NCBI RefSeq assembly: GCF_006345805.1
Contig: NW_021831973.1
Coordinates: 1-34,096, forward strand
From: Octopus sinensis
Lineage: Eukaryota
Reading direction: 5' to 3'
Length of the DNA stretch: 34,096 bases
Part shown: in pieces, positions 21,851-32,830 of the stretch
Numbering within the stretch: the first letter of the stretch is position 1
Layout: each line of letters opens with the position of its first letter
Translations under genes and position numbers: made by a program
Notes under the pieces: generated by a model
Databases searched by the model: none
What the model saw: the letters and a program-made list of their open reading frames with translations, nothing else
What the model was told of the DNA's origin: nothing

Positions 21851-22769
21851 TAAAGCCAATAGGATAATTGCAATTAATAATGTGTTAATTATAGAATGCA
21901 CTTGTTACTAACAGCTATTTCTCTATTTCTGGCAATTTATTTACATATTGGACAACTAAGTCTGCAACACTTGAGTGTTTTGAGGCATTAGAGACAAAGG
22001 ACATTACAGAATTAGAGATGGATACGGGCCCCAACATCTTTGCTCAATAGACTGACATAGACTTGATTAAAATCAATGGAATAACAGTCATAACACAATG
22101 GTCTAAATGCTTCAATGTATTTCATATACATCGTATATCATATCTGGAAGTGGGGAGAAAAGATGAGATGGTCTGGATTGCTCAGTCAGAGCTGAATTAC
22201 CAGCAACAACAAATGATCATAGATGTACTCAGTACTGGTCAACCTGGGGCTAAACAACAAGTATTTTGTTCTCAGCTGAAATTCCAGTAGGATCAGCTTC
22301 ATGTTTTATTCTTTTGTGTGTAATAAAATCAAAATGAGACAAATGCTAGGGGTTCAATGGAAACACCACTGCCCACCACCGATAAAAATGAATGAGTCTT
22401 GTTGCTAAGTTAAAAACCATTATTGATAAAAGAATCACTGAAACAAACAATCATTAATATGATGTGACAAGTGATGGTTCTTGGTGGTTGTTTTGTTTTC
22501 TCTTTAAACACTCCATATTTATTTATATTGTCTGGAATAGAAGTCTTCAAACATATTTAATTCTGTGCCATGCTGGAGGTCAAATAAAAAGTCATTGGAG
22601 CGTTTTCAGTGGAAAATTCAGAACAGAACAAAACAAAACAAGAAATCCCACTGTTTTTTTTATCTTAAAGACCATTAAAAATATTATAAAAAGACAAAAA
22701 AAAACCATTTGCTTATCATTTATTTCTTCTCGGCTTTTTTCTGGGGAGAGGAAGAACTGCATGGTTAAG

Positions 22770-23096
22770 AATTTCACTTGATAATCTCATGGTTTTGTGG
22801 CACCTTGGGCAACTGTCTTCCATTATAGCTCCAGGTTGACCAGTGTTTCTTGTATGAATTCAGTAGATGGAAATTGTGTGAAGCCCATAATGTATATAAG
22901 TGTGTGTGTGGGTGCATGCATCTTTGTGTTTCTACACACCAGCAGTGCTTCATAACCATTGTTGGTTTGTTTACATTCCTGTAACTTAGCAGTTCAGCAA
23001 TAGAGACCAATAAGTCCTGGGGTCAACTTGTTCAGCTAAACTCTTTAAGGCAGTGCTCCAGCACGGACACAGTGAGAAAAGCAAAAAGTAAAAGAT
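22770..23096 (+). mobile_element. SINE family B, decayed
   Basis: GGCACCTTGGGCAACTGTCTTCC..GTAACTTAGCAGTTC..GGCAGTGCTCCAGCA..GTAAAAGA. Confidence 0.75.
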
Positions 23097-23218
23097 TACA
23101 AGTTTAACCAAAAACCTGGAGGATTCTTTGAAAGTAATAATTTGTAAACCCGAAGAGTGAATACATTGAAAGCCCTCTGAGTTGTGGTGTTTATCTTGAG
23201 AGAGAATCTCTTAGAGAT

Positions 23219-23361
23219 AACATCATCGTTTAATGTCCGCTTTCCATGCTAGCATGGGTTGGACGATTTGACTGAGGACTGGTGAACCAGATGGCTGCAC
23301 CAGGCTCCAATCTTGATCTGGTGGAGTTTCTACAGCTGGATGTCCTTCCTAACGCCAACCT
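23219..23361 (-). mobile_element. RTE LINE 3' end
   Basis: CATCATCGTTTAATGTCCGCTTTCCATGCTAGCATGGGTTGGACG..CCTTCCTAACGCCAACC. Confidence 0.9.
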
Positions 23362-23749
23362 TAAAAACATAGAAAAACATCAGCAATAGGCAATGATTGG
23401 CCAGCATTAAATATGTTCCCGTGGTCAATTTTCATTAACTAATTAATTTATTTTGAAGAGTAGATCTGCATAATTAGCATCTCTAATTACTGGAGGCCAT
23501 ACTAGTGTCTTTGATTTTTTCAGCCCTTATCAAGCTGACCGAAAATCAAAGGGGTTCCTTTGATTATAGTTCACAACACAGCTCTATCCAATGTGTCCTT
23601 CATTTCTGAAATGCTACGGTGGGAACTGAAAAGAATTTGGCAGCTATTTCTAAAAAGAAAACTTGAGTAACCACATAGGGTCTCTCTTGCTGGCTTTGTA
23701 TGGATTGAAGCCTTTTTTGCAGATGTCTGATCTGTAAAGTGCACATTGA

Positions 23750-23950
23750 ACAAATGGGAATCAATGTGATGACAATGACGATAAGAACAATGATGATGTT
23801 GATGGTGGTGGATATGTTGACGATGGTGGTAGTGATGATGATGATCATCATCATCATTGCAATTGTGACAAAGAGGAGAAGAAGGGGAAGCAATGACCAT
23901 GATGATGATGATGATGGTGATGACGATAACAACAGCTATGATGATGACAG
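23750..23950. repeat. Degenerate (GAT)n/(GGT)n trinucleotide field
   Basis: Directly visible; source of poly-M/D/H ORFs. Confidence 0.85.
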
Positions 23951-24495
23951 TAATACAAACTTGGATTAAAGAATCTCACAGATTACAAAGAACAGAAACT
24001 AATTTAATAATTAGTCAAGCCTAATCAAACACTCCAGACACAGTAAGAATGTTCTTTGACATAACAAGAACACTGGAGTTTGTCACAAGGAATGGAAACT
24101 GGAAACAAATTCATGGAAATTATCAGAAACTATTGTAAAGAACTAATTTAATATAAAATTCCCCCCCCCCCGCCCACTGCTGGAATTTAATTGGGTCGGT
24201 TCTGAAAGGCTTTGATGTGAAGTTTTGTGAATGCAATTTCTCGCAGAACACAAATTGAATTGTAAATCAGAGGCTTGACTAGGTTAGAGTTTGATCAGTG
24301 GATGAGAAGTACAACAAAACCACAAAGTATAAACACACACACACATATGCAATATGTATACACATACATATATATCAATACACACACACATACAATATAT
24401 GTATACACACATATTCATACACACACACACACACAAAGACATACTAATATGCACTCTCTATATATATGTATAAGTGTGTGTGTGTGTGTGTATTC

Positions 24496-24650
24496 AGGCA
24501 TGGATATGTGGTTAAGAAGTCTGCTTCACAACCACATGGTTGTGGGTTCAGTCTCACTCAATGGCAGTTTGAGCAAGTGTCTTCTTCTACAATACTGAGC
24601 CAATGAAGGCTTCATGAGAAGAACTGCTTGATGGAAACTGTATGGAAGCA
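24496..24650 (+). mobile_element. SINE family B, 5' part
   Basis: CAGGCATGGATATGTGGTTAAGAAG..GGGTTCAGTCTCAC..GAGCAAGTGTCTTCT. Confidence 0.75.
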
Positions 24651-26999
24651 CATAAACATGAGTGGGCAGGGATCTATTATAGTCATTCAGATTCATATTA
24701 ACACATTATATATCATGTAATTTCTTTTTCAACTTTTAGGGTTTCTTCAAGCATCAGCTTTCTTTTGTTCATTCTTTTCTTTATTTTTCCTTTCTTTCTT
24801 TTTCTTGGCCTTAGTCATGGATTTTTCTTTGGTGATGAATAGTTATGAATGTAAAACAAATGTAATTTATTGTAAATTACCTACAAAATAATAAAACAAT
24901 ACCCATTCCTTCAAAACATGAAATAATGCCCATCCATTCTTGATAAAAACAAAAAATATTGGCACAAGTAGAATTTACATAAAGCAAATACGTAATTCTG
25001 TTTAATATGGAATTGGTTTGTGATAAGAGACCTGCCCTCCACACACACCACTCAACACACATACAACCCCAGCACTTGTATATTATAATAATATCGATTC
25101 TGTTTTACTAAACAGGAGGTCAGTTTTTGTAAAGGGTCAAATCAACAAATGTTCTGACAATATTTTGAAGAATTGGAGGTCTTTTTGCTATTGATACTTC
25201 TCTAGTTTTATTTTCTGGTGCCTTTAAAAAGAAGCACAGGAGGGAGAGTGCATGCGTGTGTATGTGTGTATATATATATACCATCATCATTGGCATGATT
25301 CAGAAAGCCAAGTAAGGAATGGAACAGTCTCAGGTACTGAATGCATGGCAAGGTGGACGGTGGTCTTGGCTGGAATTGCCAGGTCTTGCTTTCTTTTTGC
25401 TTCTTCTTCAGTCTTTCTCTTCTTCCCAAAAGTACACACATACACACAGTATTAGAACCTCAGTTTACGAATGCCTCTCATCATGAACAAATTTACAAGC
25501 ATAAAATGTCTCAAGTAACAAACACTCAAGTCAGCATCAATGGCCTGCAACAAGCTGGTGGGAGAGCATCAGTTGCTGTCTCACTTTCATTCAGTGCACA
25601 TCCTGGCTGGGATTCACAGTAGTTTCTTTTGAATTTCCTATGGGACAAAATACTTTTGGTTTTGGATGACTTGTAAACGGAAGAGGCTCAACTGTATGTG
25701 TGTGTGTGTGTGTGTGTGTGTATCTGTGTGAGCATGTGCACATGTGTGAGTGTATATACATGTCTTTATATATATATATATATATATACACACATCTGTT
25801 TTACATCTATTTCTCCATGCTAGCATGGATCAGAAGAATATACTATTTAGACATTGTTTTACAGCCAGATATTGTACCTGTTGCAACCCTGCTTGTTTGT
25901 TTTCCAAGCATGGGGTTTCTAATTTCACACACAAAACTAATGAAAAATTGTTGACAGCAGAAATGACACAGCATCTTTGGGTGTAGTTAAGTGAATTTTG
26001 GAAAAGTGAAAATGGAAATACACAAATAGATCCATGCATACAATGAACTTCTTTCGGTTTCTGTGATTGAGACTGAACCCAAAACCATGTGGTAGCAAAA
26101 TGAACTTTTAGCCCCACAGCTATGCATACCTATGAGGAATGCACTTACACTACTGAAATTTCACCCACAGCTAGGCTTTATAATATTGTGCATGAAATAT
26201 TTACTTAATAAATCATGAACTATATATAGTATGAATAAATGAAACTAGGATCTCCACTAAAAACTAGTTTATAACTGCTTTATATCATGACTGAATATTC
26301 TATGCCATTTGTTGGAGATTGAAGCTGGATATATCTTCATTGAGGAGCAACTAACTAATTGTGAAACATTCCATCCAGAAACATCTTGAAATATAAGAGC
26401 AATACGTGATAAACTTCACCACAGAGAGCAACACCACAGGAACAATATTTACACACACTTTTAGTCTTATAAATAATTTGAACATCTTGTCACAAAATTT
26501 CATATAAATACTAGGAGATGCAGGAAAGTATTTATTCATGAATGTGTTTTTTTTAAACTACTAATTCTTAATAGCTTTGGTAATTCTAGTGTACACATGT
26601 ATACAAAATACTTTCAAAATTTCTACTGTGTTTAATATGTTAATGAACTATTCCAATGTCTAAAAGAAAGTTTTGTTAAAATGGGAATTTTATATTTCAG
26701 TAACATAAAATTAGACTGCCAAAAACTAAAACCAAATTTGAAAACAAGCAGAGAAAAAAAATGAAAAAACTGAAATATTTTATAGATATCTGTTTGTCTT
26801 GGTAAATATCTGGTCAAAATACATGGGAAAATATGTAAGAAAAGCAAACCAATAGTCTTAAAGATATTTTAATCAGATACCACACTGCAAAATTATAGTC
26901 TAATCATAATATTTTTTATGACAAACAGACAAAGCTATAATTATTAAACTATTAAAGCTACTATTTATCGCTAGAAGAGGTGTTGTGGGTTTCCATTTT

Positions 27000-27480
27000 G
27001 GCTGCCAGTCATTAAAAAATCCAGTTGATGTCTTGTCAATGATGTACAAATTAGTTGCAACAAGACTGCACAGGACTGTTCTCTCTAACGTTAATACTGA
27101 TTACAATGCTTCACAGGTGAATGTTGGTTTGAAAATTTCAAATGAGTTACACACCACATTGTCATTTAGTTGAGGATACTATATTTCTGGAACCTGTTTC
27201 CAGAATTCAATTGTAGACTGAGAATTGTGAATTCCTTTTAGGCCCAAGTCCTCCTGTAATTCAAACAGATCCATTTCTACAGCAGATGATTTTGTAAGGA
27301 AAGGATCAAAAGTTGAACAACTGTCATTCAATGCATCAGCCATGGTTGGACTTACAAAGAAAGGCAAACAAAATTTCAACTTTTGCAAATCTGACCATGA
27401 TGGAAAGAAAGTTACAAAGCAGTTCTTGTAATTTGTATTCTGGTCTTTTAAAACAATGCCATCGAATGTGTTTATTTTCT
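27000..27480 (-). pseudogene. hAT transposase C-terminal relic (GTF2IRD2/Charlie-like)
   Basis: SDLQKLKFCLPFFVSP..VEMDLFELQEDLGLKGIHNSQSTIEFWKQVPE / YPQL..FKPTFTCEAL*SV, the dimerisation-domain pattern FW..V...YP.L...F.STY.CE..FS. Confidence 0.75.
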
Positions 27481-27666
27481 ACCGAGCACACAACTGAAGA
27501 CGGTTGACAGGTGCTGACCAGGTAGAAAACTACCCTGTGTTATTGTGTCTATTTTGGCAGGGTTTTTACAGCTGGATGCCCTTCTTAACACCTACCACTC
27601 TGCAGCATAGACTCAAAGCTTTTTACATGGTAGAAATTACAAAGTGATTCAAGGGCAGAGAGTTTA

Positions 27667-28312
27667 ACACACACACACACACACACACTCTCTCTCTCTC
27701 TCTCACACACACACTCACTCACACACATACATACATACACTCTCACTCACTCACTCACTCACTCACTCACTCACTCACTCACTCACTCACTCACTCACTC
27801 ACTCACTCACTCACTCACTCACTCACTCACTCTCACTCACTCACTCACTCACTCACTCACTCACTCACTCACTCACTCACTCACTCACTCACTCACTCAC
27901 TCACTCACTCACTCACTCACTCACTCACTCACTCACTCACTCACTCACTCACTCACTCACTCACTCACTCACTCCTCACTCACTCACTCACTCACTCACT
28001 CACTCACACACACACTCACTCACACACATACATACATACACTCTCACTCACTCACTCACTCACTCACTCACTCACTCACTCACTCACTCACACTCACTCA
28101 CTCACTCACTCACTCACTCACTCACTCACTCACTCTCACTCACTCACTCACTCACTCACTCACTCACTCACTCACTCACTCACTCACTCACTCACTCACT
28201 CACTCACTCACTCACTCACTCACTCACTCACTCACTCACTCACTCACTCACTCACTCACTCACTCACTCACTCACTCACTCACTCACTCACTCACTCACT
28301 CACTCACTCACA

Positions 28313-28399
<87 letters not shown>
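27667..28399. repeat. Compound (CA)n-(CACT)n-(CA)n microsatellite, ~730 bp, with a ~300-bp internal duplication
   Basis: Interrupting motif CACACACATACATACATACACTCTCACT occurs at ~27720 and ~28020. Confidence 0.95.
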
Positions 28400-28400
<1 letters not shown>

Positions 28401-28769
28401 CTGCCCTTCAGTTTTGCATTGTACTTGGTTTGCATGGTTTCACTTTAATACAGGTTTTGGCTCTGGTATAATTTATTGTTCACTCAACGTTTATCATTTA
28501 GAAATGTGATTTTATGACCTTCATGCTTCCATCTTGGTTAGTCACTTCCATTTCGTTTCATTCTCATTTCACACTTTGATAAATAGTGAATTAGACCGTA
28601 CACTAAAGTAACAGAGATGATGGTTTGCTTTTTTTTTTATATTTGCTTGAATGTTTTCAAGATTGAATAATAGTTTCATATACCAAACCAAAAAGGGAGA
28701 AGAAAATTGATTTCCCAAGAAATAAAAATTAAATAATTAAACCAGCATCAAAATTTTAAAAAGTTTAAT

Positions 28770-29800
28770 GGAAATTGCAAAAAAGTTTAATATAACAGAA
28801 TCAATTGTTAAAACAATGAAAAGGAAATAAACAAAATCAGAGCCAAAATGATTTCAGGATCTTCAATAAGTTCAAAACACAAGTCAGGGGTGGGGACGCT
28901 CTATTATTTGGGAGAGAAAAAATAAACCTCAAAAGGATTGCTATTTGACAAGAAGTAGTACAATATTTTAATGAAATCAACATGTATTTTAGGGAGGGTC
29001 ATTATGTCACTAAAAATTTAAATAAACACACAAACTGTGTGTTTGTTTTGATTTTATTAGTATAATCACACTCCCAAGATGTAACAAGGTTTGTTTGAAT
29101 GTATGAATTCGTATCAAGAATCTTGCAAACCAAACACAAAAACATGATGAGTCAAACGCTTCATGAAGCAGTTCTGGATTTTTGGAAAGCAAGGTGCAGC
29201 TTGAAAATTTAACAAGTTCAATGATTCACATCAATTTGTAAAGTGAAAAAGGCTCAGGTGATAAGAAACTTGTTGAAGTTTTGGGCCAAATTAGCAAAGA
29301 TTCCTGTTCTTTAAAAGAAATACTTGATGTGGATAAAACCAACGTACCCTGGAAGACTATGCCAAACAGATTTTTTATATAAAGAACAGAGAAGAACAGT
29401 TAGAGGATTCAAACGAACCAATGGTTGAATTACATCGTTATTATTCTTTAATGTATTGGGTGACAGTTTCATGAAGCCATTATAAATTAATAGGGCTTTA
29501 ATCCAAGTGCAATGAGATTATCAAATAAAAATACTCCTCTCTCACTTCACTGACAAGAAAATATAAAAAAAAAGAAGAAAAAAATCTTGAATGACTTTCT
29601 GCAATATTCATGAAATGGTTTTTATTAAAACTTCATTTCAGAAGCTGAAAATTATACAAAAGAAAATAATATTGATTTCCACATAGTCATATCCTAATGG
29701 TTTAGGAGACCTGATATGTTAAAGTTCTGTTTTAATCATCCAGTATTACCCACCATATCCAGTTTTTAGAGAAGTGATATCATGAAGATAAGACACAGGA
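28770..29800 (+). pseudogene. pogo/Tigger (CENP-B-like DDE) transposase relic
   Basis: MEIAKKFNITESIVKTMK (HTH-like); DVDKTNVPWKTMPNRFF at ~29326 (cf. N.DETGLFWK.MP.RT); GDSFMKPL; IFMKWF; many stops. Confidence 0.7.
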
Positions 29801-30697
29801 AGGAAAAAGTAAAACATGAGAAAAAACCAGACTTGGGCTTTTGTGAGAGGGACAAAAAAAATTGAAAGTCAAGAAAAATATATTTAACTTGGACAGAAAA
29901 TATTGGTCAGTTTTTTATGAGAAAAATAAAACAATGTATGATGTGAGGTGGACACAATGAATAAATGATAAGGTTCCTTGTGGATGAATAACAATAGGAA
30001 ACTGGTGTGTGTTTAGTAAGGGAGCAAAGTTGAGTTAGGAACTGAGAAAGGAATAGAATATAAAGAGTGAAAGAAATGACAGAGAAAGGCTGAGAGAAAA
30101 GGGTGGAGAGAGAATGTGAGAGAGAGAGAACTTATGGTTACAACAATTCATGTAACATCAGGGGGAAATGATAAAAGGAGGTGGTGTGTCTGGAAACTTT
30201 AGTTTTCTTGTATATCATGAAAGCTAAATAGAAATTCAGTATGGCACCAGAATTAAGATGAAGCTTATGAAGAACTATGACTCTGCAACCAGAAATTCTT
30301 ATACAGGTGTTCTTTCATTAAGGACTCAGAGCATGGCCACAAGATTTCTTCTGTAGCTACTCTGTATGTCTTTTCATCAATTATGCTTTGCAGTAATGAA
30401 TTTCCCTGTTAGACTTCTTCACATTTAGTTTGAAAATAACAAGTGTTTAATGTGTGTATAATGTTATTTTTACATAAGCTGACATTCATATATCATGTGA
30501 TCTTCCTTCGTGTAAAGAGAACTGAACATTTTTTCAGCAGTAATTTGTAAAAGTTATCTGAATTTTTACTCACACATGATACATTTTGCATATACTCTCT
30601 CTCATATATATATATATATATATAATAGCCCAGGTGGTGCTATTAAGTTAGACATGGCCTGGGCCAATAATGGCCGAAACCTATCAAAGTATCAAAG

Positions 30698-30736
<39 letters not shown>

Positions 30737-31322
30737 GTATGTACATGTATAGATATTGTGTCTTAAATTCTTTAGTTACTTTCTCAGTGCACATAATATA
30801 TGTTTGATAAGAGAACTTATTCAGCAGTTACACTTAGTCATTGACACTAATTCCTTTTGTTTTATTAACTTTGTTACTAAAGATCACACATTTGCGAAGA
30901 AGTGAGCAGTTCTTCACTCTGTAGATCAACCAACGTCTACCATTATCTTTGTTCAGACGATACATTTTTAATTTTTCAATTTAAGTATCTTATCAGTAAA
31001 TCTTGTAAAGCAGTAAAAATAGTTTATATTTTTATTTATTTACTTATTTATTGCTTTATGTATTTTTTTCAGTGCCAAATTCAACTTTGTCTAACATTAA
31101 ATATTCCGTTGGCTGTCGAGTTGTTTCGGAATGGATAGACAGGAATTCTCTGAGCAAGACAACCAGATGCTTATTGATTGTTTTATGGAACCATGTTTGT
31201 GTTTGGTCCATGTTCTATTTCTGCATAAACACATATACACTCAGACACAAACACACATATACATGCAGATATAAATGCATATATACACTTAGACATATAT
31301 ATATATATATTATATATATATA

Positions 31323-31365
<43 letters not shown>

Positions 31366-31367
<2 letters not shown>

Positions 31368-31587
31368 CGAGCTGGCAGAAACGTTAGCACGCTGGGCAAA
31401 ATGCATAGCTGTATTGTGTCTGTCGTTACGTTCTGAGTTCAAATTCCGCCAAAGTCGACTTTGCCTTTCATCCTTTCAGGGTCGATAAATTAAGTACCAG
31501 CTACGCATTGGGATTGATATAATCGACTTAATCCATTTGTCTGTCCTTCTTTGTCCCCTCTGTGTTTAGCCACTGTGGGTAGTAACG

Positions 31588-31590
<3 letters not shown>
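31366..31590 (+). mobile_element. tRNA-derived SINE family A, full length
   Basis: GGCGAGCTGGCAGAAACGTTAGC..GAGTTCAAATTCC..GTGGGTAGTAACGAAATA; between (TA)n runs. Confidence 0.9.
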
Positions 31591-31637
<47 letters not shown>

Positions 31638-31688
31638 ATTGGTGAATTGAAGAAATGGAGCTGAACGCAGATTGAACAGAAATCGTTT

Positions 31689-31779
31689 TATTTCATTCTA
31701 CACGTGTTTCGAAAGGCACAAATTACCAAAATCCGATTGAATAATGGGACCATATTGTGTCTTTCTCTTCAGGAAGAAA
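31689..31779 (-). ncRNA. Type I hammerhead ribozyme, intact core (left arm)
   Basis: Mirror of 31865-31958; CTGAAGA at 31772-31766; predicted cleavage after GUA at 31699. Confidence 0.8.
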
Positions 31780-31864
31780 CTGTTTCGCCATGGGCTCTTA
31801 GGAGCATAGTTCGATTTGTTTTTGCTCCGCCTCTGTTCTGTTTTTGTTTTTCCAACGGATTTCC

Positions 31865-31958
31865 TATTTTCTTCCTGAAGAGAAAGACACAATATGGTCC
31901 CATTATTCAATCGGATTTTGGTAATTTGTGCCTTTCGAAACACGTGTAGAATGAAATA
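31865..31958 (+). ncRNA. Type I hammerhead ribozyme, intact core (right arm)
   Basis: Helix I TATTTTCTTC/GAATGAAATA; CTGAAGA 31875-31881; helix II GAAAGACAC/GTGCCTTTC (8 of 9 pairs) with 37-nt extension; GAAA 31937-31940; palindromic helix III ACACGTGT; GUA cleavage triplet ending at 31948; AATAAA overlaps the 3' end. Confidence 0.85.
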
Positions 31959-32164
31959 AAACGATTTCTGTTCAATCTGCGTTCAGCTCCATTTCTTCAA
32001 TTCACCAATAATGTTTTAATTTCAATTATCCACACCAACGCACGGTTGCAACACCATATGGTTGTACCTCCAACCGTGCTGTTTACTGCTGTGATTTTTG
32101 CTACTAAGGTATCGGTTAAACTTTTGATTAATCTACTACAAGATTATTCATCTTTCTATTTCAC

Positions 32165-32201
<37 letters not shown>

Positions 32202-32477
32202 TCAGACACAAATAAACATATACACTCAGACACCTCAGATGCTTCATTTGAGGGGAGATTTTATCAATTTCATTTCCCACATTTTTTTTTGAATGGCAGT
32301 GCCCCAGCATGGCCACAGCTCGTGAGCTGAAACTAGATAAAATAAAATAAAATAAAATAAAATAAATAATATAAGGAAAAGGTGCACAGATCATGTGATG
32401 TGATTCTGATAAAAATGAAAAAAAAGCAAATAATATTCAAGTTGTATTTTGTAGAGAAAGTTTATCTTAGATGTTTT

Positions 32478-32830
32478 ATTTGTTTCAGTTGTTGGACTGT
32501 GGCCATGCTGGAGTACCACCTCTGAGAATTTAGTTGAGCAAATCATCCCCAATACTTACTTGGTCTAAAGTTGGGTACATATTCTATCTCACACTTTTGC
32601 TGAACAGGGATGTAAACAAACAAACACCTGTCCTCAAGTGGTGAAGGAGCAAATATAAATACACACACAAACACAAAGACAAAGCCAGACTCATACATAC
32701 ACACACTGGGCTTCCATACAATTTCTATCAGCCAAATTCTCTCCCAAGAAGCTATAGTAGAAGACACTTGTCCAAGGTATTTTGCATTGAGATTAAACCT
32801 AAAAGCAGGTGGTTGCAAAGTGAACTACTT
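32478..32830 (-). mobile_element. SINE family B, decayed
   Basis: TTGTTTCAGTTGTTGGACTGTGGCCATGCTGGAGTACCACC..GCTATAGTAGAAGACACTTGTCCAAGG. Confidence 0.8.

Larger units (their letters stand above)
31629..32018. repeat. Perfect 151-bp inverted repeat with 88-bp spacer (Penelope-like inverted terminal duplication)
   Basis: 31629-31779 is the exact reverse complement of 31868-32018 (checked base by base). Confidence 0.97.

Noticed and set aside
22040-22160. Good minus-strand acceptor (TCTTTTCTCCCCACTTCCAG)
   Set aside because: All three downstream frames stop within 10 codons
27487-27541. ACACAA-CTGAAGA-stem-GGTAGAAAACTACC-CTGTGT three-way-junction look-alike
   Set aside because: GAAA lies in a loop, not between helices II and III; the site is at the edge of the hAT relic
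30655-30700. CCTG-GGCCA-ATAA-TGGCC-GAAAC, as if ATGA were deleted from a hammerhead core
   Set aside because: Needs a deletion plus further changes, and helix I does not pair; at best an unverifiable fossil
31698-31949. Two 81-aa ORFs on opposite strands with identical termini
   Set aside because: A by-product of the inverted repeat; the conserved signal is the hammerhead fold, not a protein
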